From positions 1 through 36,647 of the forward strand of contig JBAXOY010000017.1 of NCBI GenBank assembly GCA_037133055.1: a stretch of DNA of 36,647 nucleotides, in the 5' to 3' direction. A model generated the notes under the pieces. That model was not told the origin of the DNA and did no database searches. It worked only from the letters and a program-made list of their open reading frames with translations. The DNA is from Chlamydiota bacterium. GTDB lineage: Bacteria > Auribacterota > Tritonobacteria > UBA1439. Shown here in pieces: positions 9,865 through 17,829 of this stretch; the first letter of the stretch is position 1; each line of letters opens with the position of its first letter. The translations under genes and the position numbers were made by a program.

Positions 9865-11339
9865 GCGCCCCGCTCGTCTATGTCATCGTGTTGAGCTGGA
9901 ACGGGATGGAGCACCTCCCCGTGTGCCTTGCGTCCCTGAAACGGCAGTCCTACCCCAATTTCAGGGTGCTGCTCGTGGACAACGGCTCGACGGACGGGAG
10001 CCGGTCCTACGTGCGCCGGGAGCACCCGGGGGTCGAGCTGATCGAGAACGGTCGCAACCTCGGCTTCGCGGAGGGGAACAACCGCGGCATGCGCCTCGCG
10101 ATGGAGCGGGGGGCGGAGTTCGTCATCCTCCTGAACAACGACACCGAGTGCGACGCGGATCTCGTCGCCGCGCTCGTCGCGGCGGCGATGACGGACCCGT
10201 CGGTAGGCGCCTGCGCCGCCAAGCTGCTCTTCTTCGACGCCCGCACAGTCCTGAACGGCATCGGCACGGAGGTTACCATGCTCGGCTGCGGCGGGGACCG
10301 GGGGATGGGCGAGAAGGACGAGGGGCAGTACAACCGCATCGAGGAGGTGTTCGGGGTCTCCGGGGGGGCGTGCCTCCTGAGGAGCGCCGCCCTGCGGAAG
10401 GTCGGCCTGTTCGAGCCGGGCTACTTCATCTTCCTCGAGGACATAGACCTCTCGTGGCGGATACGGCTGGCGGGATACAGGATTCTTGCCGTTCCCGGTT
10501 CGGTGGTGTACCACAAGTTCAACGCGACTATGGGGAGCTTCAGCGCGTTCAGGATCTTCCTCAACGAGAAGAACAGGATCAGGAACGTCCTCAAGAACTT
10601 CTCCGCGCGGACGCTCCGGACCGTCCTCCCCCGGATGCTGCGCTACGACACGAAGCTCGTCCGCGACATCGTCGCCGGGGGCGGCGCGCGCTCCTTCGCC
10701 CGCGCCATGATCTACCCCCGGGCCTACGCATGGAACCTGCTCCACCTGCCGGGACTCCTCGTCATGCGGAGGCGGGTGCGCGGATTCCGGGCGGTCTCCG
10801 ACGAGGAGATGCTGCGATTCATTACCCCCGTCTACGGGCAGAGCCACCGGATCACGCCCGACTACCCGGTGCACGACAGGCGGCTCTACGAGCGGTCTTC
10901 AGCGAAGCCCCCGCGCATCGTCATGGGGGAAAGCGATACCGCCTCCCTCGGCGCGGGCTGGGCGAACCTTTACCGCGCCGGGCCGGCCGGCGAAAAAGCC
11001 AGGCGCCTCTCCACGGACGCATGGTTCTTCCTGCCCCGCTCTCCCGGCGCGGCCGAGTTTTTGGAGATTGCATTCGTGGGATGCCCCGTGAAGCCCCTCT
11101 CGGGCGAGGTGTTCGCGAACGGAGCGCGGGTGGGACCGTTCGCGCTCGACAAAGACGAGCGCCGGACCATCCGCTTCCCCCTCGGGGTCAGACCTCGACT
11201 ATTGACAGATATTCAAGGCGTCTGGGAATGCCGGATCGTCACGAAGGAGGGATGGCGACAGAACGACGATTTCGGGAACGGCGACTATCGTCTCCTCGGC
11301 CCGAGTGTCGGCACAATCACGCTGAGCGGCACATCATAG
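9861..11339 (+). CDS. GT2 glycosyltransferase with C-terminal accessory domain
   Basis: VIVLSWNG, VDNGSTDGS, NLGFAEGNN, LLNNDT, FLEDIDLSWR; about 150-aa C-terminal extension; ATG 9861 overlaps the upstream TGA. Confidence 0.92.
   Translation: MSAPLVYVIVLSWNGMEHLPVCLASLKRQSYPNFRVLLVDNGSTDGSRSYVRREHPGVELIENGRNLGFAEGNNRGMRLAMERGAEFVILLNNDTECDADLVAALVAAAMTDPSVGACAAKLLFFDARTVLNGIGTEVTMLGCGGDRGMGEKDEGQYNRIEEVFGVSGGACLLRSAALRKVGLFEPGYFIFLEDIDLSWRIRLAGYRILAVPGSVVYHKFNATMGSFSAFRIFLNEKNRIRNVLKNFSARTLRTVLPRMLRYDTKLVRDIVAGGGARSFARAMIYPRAYAWNLLHLPGLLVMRRRVRGFRAVSDEEMLRFITPVYGQSHRITPDYPVHDRRLYERSSAKPPRIVMGESDTASLGAGWANLYRAGPAGEKARRLSTDAWFFLPRSPGAAEFLEIAFVGCPVKPLSGEVFANGARVGPFALDKDERRTIRFPLGVRPRLLTDIQGVWECRIVTKEGWRQNDDFGNGDYRLLGPSVGTITLSGTS
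11176..11206 (+). repeat. Intragenic copy of the transposase end motif
   Basis: TCCCCCTCGGGGTCAGACCTCGACTATTGAC is identical to 11357..11387. Confidence 0.95.
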
Positions 11340-11340
11340 T

Positions 11341-11372
11341 TCCCCCTCGGGGTCAGTCCCCCTCGGGGTCAG
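11341..11372 (+). repeat. 16-bp tandem duplication at the left end of the element
   Basis: TCCCCCTCGGGGTCAG x2 (11341-11356, 11357-11372). Confidence 0.95.
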
Positions 11373-11382
11373 ACCTCGACTA

Positions 11383-11411
11383 TTGACTAAGATGGTTGGC
11401 GATGATACGGT
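11383..11411 (+). promoter_or_regulatory. Transposase promoter (leaderless)
   Basis: TTGACT (11383-11388, inside the left IR), 17 bp, TGa-TACGGT (11406-11411), then 6 nt to ATG 11418; no SD. Confidence 0.6.
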
Positions 11412-11417
11412 TTAGAC

Positions 11418-12425
11418 ATGGCAAGACCGCTGAGAATTGAATATCCGGGTGCATGGTACCACGTCACAAGCCGCGGGAACGAGCGGGGTGAGATATTCCA
11501 GGACGATAGAGATAGGAAGAGGTTTCTCCAGACATTAGAAGAGAGTATTGAGCGCTACAAGGTGGAAGTGCATTGCTATGTGCTGATGAGCAATCACTTC
11601 CATTTTTTATTGAGGACGCTCGAGGCCAACCTGAGCAGGTTCATGCAGCGATTCAACACGGCCTACACGGCATATTACAATGTGCGGCATCACAGGGCGG
11701 GACATCTATATCAGGGGAGATTCAAGGCGATCGTGGTGGAAGCGGATGAGTATCTGAAGGAACTGAGCCGGTATCTGCACTTGAATCCCGTGCGGCTGAA
11801 GAAGTACAAAGAGCTGACGACAGAGGATAAGGCCAAAATACTCAAAGGGTATAGATGGAGCAGCCTGCCGGGATATATGGGATTAATGAAGCGGGATGAA
11901 TTCGTAACATACGGAACGGTGTTGGAATACATGGGAGGAGACACCCGGGAGGGGCAGAGGCGGCATGGTGATTTTGTTGCGGTGGGGTTGCGGAAAGAGA
12001 TGAAGAATCCGCTCGCGGAAGCGCACGCAGGGGCGGTACTGGGGACGGAGAGCTTCATAGAATGGGTGAGGAAAACGTTTATCGATGGGCGGGAGTGGGT
12101 GCGGAAGGAACAGCCGCAAGTCAGCATGCTGAGGGGCGTGATTCCCGTGCGGGAGATTGCGCGGGTGGTGGGTGAGGAGTACGGGGTGCGGGGGGAGGAG
12201 TTGTTGAAGGCACGCTCGCCACACAGAGAGGCACGACGGGTGCTTATCGAGATGAGTTATCGGTTGAACATGAGTGGGAAATCGCTTCAGGAACTGGGGC
12301 GCGAGTTGGGCAGGATAGGCGGGGATGCGGTAGCGCATACGCATGAGCGCATGGAGAAACAGATGTCGAAGGATAGTAGATTGTTGAAGCGCGTGGAACG
12401 AGTCCTGGACAAACTTAGTCAATAG
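11418..12425 (+). CDS. REP-associated-type tyrosine transposase (Y1_Tnp, HUH) with C-terminal DnaA-domain-IV-like HTH
   Basis: MARPLRIEYPGAWYHVTSRGN, YVLMSNHFHFL (HUH), GHLYQGRFK, LSRYLHLNPVR (catalytic Tyr), YRWSS; C-term EIARVVGEEYGV...EARR...SLQELGRELG resembles the DnaA C-terminal HTH. Confidence 0.92.
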   Translation: MARPLRIEYPGAWYHVTSRGNERGEIFQDDRDRKRFLQTLEESIERYKVEVHCYVLMSNHFHFLLRTLEANLSRFMQRFNTAYTAYYNVRHHRAGHLYQGRFKAIVVEADEYLKELSRYLHLNPVRLKKYKELTTEDKAKILKGYRWSSLPGYMGLMKRDEFVTYGTVLEYMGGDTREGQRRHGDFVAVGLRKEMKNPLAEAHAGAVLGTESFIEWVRKTFIDGREWVRKEQPQVSMLRGVIPVREIARVVGEEYGVRGEELLKARSPHREARRVLIEMSYRLNMSGKSLQELGRELGRIGGDAVAHTHERMEKQMSKDSRLLKRVERVLDKLSQ

Positions 12426-12482
12426 TCGAGGTCTGACCCCGTTTTCTCGGGGGTCATGCGCAACCCGAAGTCCGCCGCCCGG

Positions 12483-13661
12483 TCAGGAGAAATCGAGGTC
12501 CATCACGAGGGAGGGGTTGCACTTCCGCTTGATGAAGGCGCACACCCTCTTCAGCTCTTCGGGGCTCAGGGAGAGCCCGATTTTTTCCGCCTCCTTCGCC
12601 AGCCCGCTCGCGCTGCCCGCGAGCAGCGCCCGGTCGAGGTTCTCGCCGTGCTCGCAGGGCGCGTAGCAGGTGAGGTCGCAGGGGTTGATGTAGAGGGAGT
12701 GGATGCTTTCACATGCCACGCGGGCCTTGTCGCGCTTCCCGCCGTCCCTGTAGCCCGGGATAAAGTAGTTGCGCGAAAACCAGTCCGGCTTGCAGTAGGT
12801 CCATGCCCCGTCCGGCATGAGCATGGCGGTGAAGAACTGCCGCCAGCAGTTGGACCTCAACTTGCCGCCGCCCTTGTTCAAACCGCTGAACGCGCTCACG
12901 CCCCTCACCTCGACCCGGATGTCTTTGTAGTCCCGCTCCCACTCCCTGCTTTTCGCGACGAAATCCTCCCACACCTCTGGCCGCGAGGCGGGCGACAGGG
13001 GCTTGTGGTACGGGAATACCGGTTTGACCTCGACGTTCATATCGAGCACGCTCTTCCTCCTGATCTCCCTCAGCCGGTCGAAGAGCTCGGGGAGACGCGC
13101 GTAGGAGTTCACGGTGGCCGTGGGGACGGCCATGATCCTTCGAAAGCGGCTCCCGGACGGGTAGCGGTGCAGGGCGATCTTTTCGATCGTGGCCAGCACC
13201 TCGTCCCCGTCGATACCACGCTGGGCCTTGTTGACCTCCCCCACCCCGTCGATGCTGGCGGCGATGATGTTCGCATAGGGGAGGATGTCGGTGAGGAGCT
13301 CGGGGCGGCCGGTGAGGTTCGAGTTGAACTCGACCTGCATCCCCTCCCCGCATCCCTCCCGCAGCCGCCGCATGATCGCGACAATATCCGGAACCAGGGT
13401 CGGCTCTCCGCCGGAGATGCACAGGTGCTTCGGCTTGACGCGGGAGAGCTCGACGAGCGCCTTATCGTAGTCCGGCGCGACCGGCGGGAGGGCGGCATCC
13501 TGCTCGTTGAAGCAGTAGATGCACTTCTGGTTGCACGCGAAATGGATATGCCACGTGACGCACCAGTAAAATCTCGGGGAACCTTCCCTATAGAGTCCGA
13601 AAAGAGCCCTCACTGATATACCCCTGTCTCGTGTTATTTCTGTCCGCGGGTACCGCCCCAT
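12483..13661 (-). CDS. Radical SAM protein (twitch-like C-terminus)
   Basis: CNQKCIYC, ISGGEP, SIDG; C-terminal CWRQF...YC...CDLTCYAPC. Confidence 0.88.
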   Translation of the reverse strand: MGRYPRTEITRDRGISVRALFGLYREGSPRFYWCVTWHIHFACNQKCIYCFNEQDAALPPVAPDYDKALVELSRVKPKHLCISGGEPTLVPDIVAIMRRLREGCGEGMQVEFNSNLTGRPELLTDILPYANIIAASIDGVGEVNKAQRGIDGDEVLATIEKIALHRYPSGSRFRRIMAVPTATVNSYARLPELFDRLREIRRKSVLDMNVEVKPVFPYHKPLSPASRPEVWEDFVAKSREWERDYKDIRVEVRGVSAFSGLNKGGGKLRSNCWRQFFTAMLMPDGAWTYCKPDWFSRNYFIPGYRDGGKRDKARVACESIHSLYINPCDLTCYAPCEHGENLDRALLAGSASGLAKEAEKIGLSLSPEELKRVCAFIKRKCNPSLVMDLDFS

Positions 13662-14911
13662 CCGTCCGGGATGACGGAGGAGCTTTTGTGAGCCATATGC
13701 GCCTTTATGAAGAGCTTGAGCCCCCGGGGGATGATCCTCCTCACGGCGGAGGGGATCCTCTCATTGATGGCCGCCCACCCAGGCGAAAGCTCCCCTGATC
13801 GCTCGATGCCGAAGTCTTTTCTATAGGTGGTCATGTCATAGGCGGTGTTTATGCAGATACATCTCGAGCATATATCGTACCAGTGGTCGAGGCCCCCGTA
13901 GAAGGCCCTGCGCATGTCCTGGTAGCGCGCATTGTTCCATATCTCGCTGAAGGCGTGCTCGCGAAGATTGCCCATCACTTTTGTCTCGCAGTTCCCGCAG
14001 CTCACCACCGTGCCGTCGCCGAATATGTAGGGCCTGTGGAAGAAATATGGGCAGGTGGCCCCTTCGTGAGAACGGAAGCCGCCCTCGGCCGGCGTATCCT
14101 GGGGCTTCCCCCGGGCGGCGAGCGCATACGCCGGGTCGGGGACGCGATTGAACCCGAGCTCCAGGTCGATCCCGAGCTCCTTCGCCCTTTTGATTGCCGC
14201 CGTTATGGCGGCATTCGCCCGTGCGGGGATATCGAAAAGCTCCTCTTTCCTGAAATCCGGATGGTATGTCACCAGCCCGAGGGTCTGGACCTCGTCTGCC
14301 CCTACCTCCTTTGCGAATTCGACATATCGGGGGAGGGAGTCTATGTTCCTCTTCATCAGGACGATGCCGAGCCTGAACCGCGGCTCCAGGGTCATATGCT
14401 TCTTCATTCTCCCGAAGGCCTTGAGATTGTTCACGGTGGTTTCGAAGGTGGCGCCCCTGTGAATCGACTCGTATGTTTCCTTGTCGCAGGCGTCGCATGA
14501 CACCTTCAAAAAGTCGGTGACGCCGTTGAGGCTCTCTATCACCTCCTCGGTGAGAAGCGTGCCGTTCGTTGTGAGATGCAGCATCACGCCATAGTGCTTG
14601 AACAGTGCGACGATCCGGTCCCAGTACGAGCACATAAGCGGCTCGCCGTAGAGCGTCGGTTCAGCCCGAAGCAGTGTGGGGAATATTTGTTCGGCAAGAC
14701 TCTCGAACATCTCCTGAGGCATATCGTGGTGGGAGGCGATCATGGAAGGGAAATTGCGGAAACATTTTATGCACAGCAGGTTGCACTTCTTGCTGAAGTA
14801 GATGGTCGCCTCCGTGGGGAGGGCGGCAAGAACCGTCTTCTTGTCCGCTATCTCCTTTTCCAGAAGCTGCTCGTTACATCTCTTGAGTTCCTGATACTGC
14901 TCTCGTGTCAT
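13634..14911 (-). CDS. Radical SAM/SPASM protein
   Basis: CNLLCIKC, YGEPLM, TTNGTLL; CPYFF...GTVVSC...MGNL...IWNN...CSRC. Start ATG 14911 chosen because the promoter lies at 14964-14992. Confidence 0.9.
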   Translation of the reverse strand: MTREQYQELKRCNEQLLEKEIADKKTVLAALPTEATIYFSKKCNLLCIKCFRNFPSMIASHHDMPQEMFESLAEQIFPTLLRAEPTLYGEPLMCSYWDRIVALFKHYGVMLHLTTNGTLLTEEVIESLNGVTDFLKVSCDACDKETYESIHRGATFETTVNNLKAFGRMKKHMTLEPRFRLGIVLMKRNIDSLPRYVEFAKEVGADEVQTLGLVTYHPDFRKEELFDIPARANAAITAAIKRAKELGIDLELGFNRVPDPAYALAARGKPQDTPAEGGFRSHEGATCPYFFHRPYIFGDGTVVSCGNCETKVMGNLREHAFSEIWNNARYQDMRRAFYGGLDHWYDICSRCICINTAYDMTTYRKDFGIERSGELSPGWAAINERIPSAVRRIIPRGLKLFIKAHMAHKSSSVIPDGWGGTRGQK

Positions 14912-14949
14912 GGCGCCCCGCGTGATCCCTACCCCTGTCACCGGCAAGG

Positions 14950-14958
14950 TGCTATACT
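14950..14958 (+). promoter_or_regulatory. Extended -10 promoter
   Basis: TG-c-TATACT upstream of ATG 15010. Confidence 0.55.
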
Positions 14959-14963
14959 TCACC

Positions 14964-14992
14964 AGTATATATCCTGACACCCGCATTGTCAA
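14964..14992 (-). promoter_or_regulatory. Near-consensus sigma70 promoter
   Basis: Minus strand TTGACA (14987-14992), 17 bp, TATACT (14964-14969). Confidence 0.75.
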
Positions 14993-15009
14993 AGGCCTCC
15001 GATCGCTCA

Positions 15010-16248
15010 ATGAAGATTCTCTTTATATGCCATCAGTACTGGCCGGCCCTGTGCGGCTCGGGCATCTTCTTCCAGGAGATGGCGGAGCGGCTCGCCCGCG
15101 AGGGGCATGAGGTCACTGTCTTCACCACGGACGCCCTCCTGTTCGAGCGGTTCCTCACCAGGAAGGGCGCCGGGATTTCGCCTCTCCGGGAAGTCCACGG
15201 CGGCGTCTCCATACGGAGGTTTCCCCTCCGACACCCCCCCGGCTACGAGCGGTATCGATGGCGCCTCGCCCGCCTCCCCTTCGCCGCCGCCCCCCATCTC
15301 TTCAGCACGGGCTTCCTGCCGGGCATGGCGCTCGAGGGGCTGAGATCCCACCGGGTGGATGCGGTCCACGCCGGCCTTGTCCCCTACGGGATGATCCTCT
15401 ACCTCGCCTCGAGGATCGCCCGGAGGGCGGATGCGCCCCTGATCTACAGCCCCTTCCTCCACACGGGAGAACCGCACGACGACCGGGTGCTGCGGATCCA
15501 CACCGACCGCGACCAGATGAAGCTCCTGGCGCGGGCGGATGCCGTCATCGCCCAGACCTCTATCGAAGCTGAGGCGCTCGAGGGGGCCGGCGTTTCCCGG
15601 GACAGGATCACCGTCGTCGGCATGGGGGTAAACCCCGCCGACGTCCGCGGGGGGGACGGCGAGCGCTTCAGGAAAAAATACGGGGTGCGGGGGGGCATGT
15701 TGTTTTCCGTGGGTCCGAAGGCGTTCGACAAAGGCGCCCGACACACGGTGCAGGCGTTCGAGCGTCTCCTGCGCAACGGCTGCGACGGCACCCTCGTCCT
15801 CGCCGGCCCCACGTTCGAGGACTTCCGGTCGTTCCATGCCGCGCTCGCCCCGTCGACCCGGGAGCGGCTCGTGCTGATCGAACGGATCGAGGGGGACGAC
15901 AAAAAGGACCTTTTCGCCGCCGGCGACATCTTCGTCATGCCCTCGCGGAACGAGTCGTTCGGCATGGTCTATCTCGAGGCGTGGGCGTGCGGGATCCCCG
16001 TCGTCGGCTGCGCGGCGGGGGGGGTGCCCGCGGTAATCACCGACGGGGGGGACGGGTTCCTCGTCCCCTTCGGCGACGTGGACGCCCTCGCCGGGAGGCT
16101 CCGGTCCCTGCTCGTCGACGGGCAGATGCGGCGGGAGATGGGGAGACGCGGGCGGGACACGGTGCTCGCCCGGTACACGTGGGATATTCAGTACGGCAAA
16201 GTGAAGCGGCTCTATGCTACACTTTCACTTCCGGTCGGTATGCGATGA
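15010..16248 (+). CDS. GT4 glycosyltransferase
   Basis: MKILFICHQYWP; FVMPSRNESFGMVYLEAWACGIPVVG. Confidence 0.93.
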   Translation: MKILFICHQYWPALCGSGIFFQEMAERLAREGHEVTVFTTDALLFERFLTRKGAGISPLREVHGGVSIRRFPLRHPPGYERYRWRLARLPFAAAPHLFSTGFLPGMALEGLRSHRVDAVHAGLVPYGMILYLASRIARRADAPLIYSPFLHTGEPHDDRVLRIHTDRDQMKLLARADAVIAQTSIEAEALEGAGVSRDRITVVGMGVNPADVRGGDGERFRKKYGVRGGMLFSVGPKAFDKGARHTVQAFERLLRNGCDGTLVLAGPTFEDFRSFHAALAPSTRERLVLIERIEGDDKKDLFAAGDIFVMPSRNESFGMVYLEAWACGIPVVGCAAGGVPAVITDGGDGFLVPFGDVDALAGRLRSLLVDGQMRREMGRRGRDTVLARYTWDIQYGKVKRLYATLSLPVGMR

Positions 16249-17663
16249 AAACGGCCATCTGTAATCCCCCGTGGCTCACGAAAAAGAGGATCGGCTTCCG
16301 CGCGAACGTGCGGTGGCCGTTCACGATCCCCCTCTCCGTGTTCAGGGCGAAGGGGTCCGCCTCCTACCATTTCCCGATTTATCACGCCTACCTCGCCGCC
16401 CTGATGATGCGGGAGGGGCTCGAGGTCGGCGTCATCGACGCCACGCTGGACCTCCTCGACATCCCCGCGTTCATCCGGCGGCTCAGGGCCGAGAAGGCCG
16501 ACCTTTGCGTCATCGAGACGAGCACCCCCTCCTTCCCCGTCGATATACACACGATGCGGGCGGTAAAGGAGGAGCTCGGCATTCCCGTCATCGCCATAGG
16601 GCCGCACACGAGCATCTACCACAGGGAGGCGCTCGCGGAGCACCCGTGCATCGACTACATCGCCCGCGGGGAATACGAGGTCACCGTCACGGAACTCGTG
16701 AAGCACCTGCGGGACGGGAAGGACCCGCACGGCGTGCGGGGGATCAGCTACCGGAGGGACGGCGCGGTCGTCGCAAACGGGGACCGGCCCTTCATCCAGG
16801 ACCTCGACGGCCTCCCCTACCCCGCCCGCGACCTCTACCGCTGGGAACGCTATCACGAGCCGAGCTATCTCGCCCTCCCCTGGATCACGATGATCACGAG
16901 CCGGGGCTGCCCCTTCCGGTGCACCTATTGTCTCTGGCCGCAGGTGATGTACGGGGGCAGGTTCAGGGCCCGCGGGGCGCGGAACGTGGTGGACGAGATG
17001 GAGCACTGCGTGCGCCGCTACACGCCGGGCGAAATATTCTTCGACGACGACACCTTCACCATCGGGAAGGAGCGCGTCATCGGGATATGCGACGAGATCA
17101 CCCGGCGGGGCCTTGCGGTCATCTGGAGTTGCATGGGGCGCGTGGACACCGTGGACGAGGAGATGCTCTCCCGGATGCACCGGGCGGGCTGCCGGAAGAT
17201 CAAGTTCGGCGTGGAGACGGGCTCCCCCGCGATCATGAAGGCGATCAAAAAGGGGATCGACCTCGCGCGGGTCCCCGGGGCGTTCGCGGCCGCCAAGCGC
17301 TGCGGCCTCGAGGTGCACGGGACGTTTATGATCGGGCTCCCCGGCGAAACGCCGGACACGGTGCGCGAGACGGTCGCCCTGGCGAAGAAGCTTCCCAACG
17401 ACTCTCTTCAGTTCAGCATCGCCACCCCGTTCCCGGGCACGGAGTTCTTCGACCAGTGCAAGCGCGACGGCCTCCTCGTCACGGAGGACTGGGCCGACTA
17501 CGACGGCACCTTCGGCGCCGTCGTGAGCTACCGGAACCTCGGCAAGAAGGAGATCGAATCGCTCCACGCGGCGGCCATCCGGGAGTGCTACCCGCGGAAG
17601 AGCCTTCGCGCCGGATTTATGGAGGGCGTACGGAGGAGAATGGCGCGGCTCCTTCGGAAATAG
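16245..17663 (+). CDS. Cobalamin-binding radical SAM protein (class B / HpnJ-like)
   Basis: N-terminal B12-binding domain (GPH...RGEYE), ITSRGCPFRCTYC, FFDDDTF, FGVETGS, FMIGLPGET, TPFPGT; ATGA coupling at 16245. Confidence 0.93.
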   Translation: MKTAICNPPWLTKKRIGFRANVRWPFTIPLSVFRAKGSASYHFPIYHAYLAALMMREGLEVGVIDATLDLLDIPAFIRRLRAEKADLCVIETSTPSFPVDIHTMRAVKEELGIPVIAIGPHTSIYHREALAEHPCIDYIARGEYEVTVTELVKHLRDGKDPHGVRGISYRRDGAVVANGDRPFIQDLDGLPYPARDLYRWERYHEPSYLALPWITMITSRGCPFRCTYCLWPQVMYGGRFRARGARNVVDEMEHCVRRYTPGEIFFDDDTFTIGKERVIGICDEITRRGLAVIWSCMGRVDTVDEEMLSRMHRAGCRKIKFGVETGSPAIMKAIKKGIDLARVPGAFAAAKRCGLEVHGTFMIGLPGETPDTVRETVALAKKLPNDSLQFSIATPFPGTEFFDQCKRDGLLVTEDWADYDGTFGAVVSYRNLGKKEIESLHAAAIRECYPRKSLRAGFMEGVRRRMARLLRK

Positions 17664-17664
17664 C

Positions 17665-17762
17665 GGAATCGGACGCGGATCGCCGCGGATGAACGCGGAT
17701 AAGACGGTTGAAGGAGGAATGGGACGCGGATCGCCGCGGATGAACGCGGATTACGGCTTGAA
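17665..17762. repeat. Intergenic 51-bp-period direct repeat built from 10-bp CGCGGAT units
   Basis: GGACGCGGATCGCCGCGGATGAACGCGGAT is identical at 17671-17700 and 17722-17751. Confidence 0.9.
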
Positions 17763-17784
17763 CCGCTTGAACAAAAGCTTTTCA

Positions 17785-17810
17785 CCCTGAACGCCGAACC
17801 CTGAACCCTA
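17785..17810. repeat. Heptamer repeat
   Basis: CCCTGAA CGCCGAA CCCTGAA CCCTA. Confidence 0.7.
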
Positions 17811-17829
17811 GTTTGGCCGGCGGGGGCGG

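Larger units (their letters stand above)
11364..12441 (+). mobile_element. HUH Y1 (RAYT-like) element bounded by perfect 28-bp inverted repeats
   Basis: CGGGGTCAGACCTCGACTATTGACTAAG (11364-11391) and its exact reverse complement (12414-12441) flank a single transposase gene of lower GC, purine-skewed composition; no target-site duplication seen. Confidence 0.85.

Noticed and set aside
12140..12425. A separate dnaA gene fragment or origin
   Set aside because: The DnaA-like HTH is fused in frame to the transposase; no AAA+ domain and no DnaA-box cluster seen.
11364..12441. Classical DDE insertion sequence, suggested by the terminal IRs
   Set aside because: The protein has HUH/Tyr motifs rather than DDE, and there is no flanking target duplication.
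17671..17751. Possible mini-CRISPR (two identical 30-bp repeats)
   Set aside because: Only two copies, a 21-bp spacer that is itself partly repeated, an internally periodic repeat, and no cas genes.
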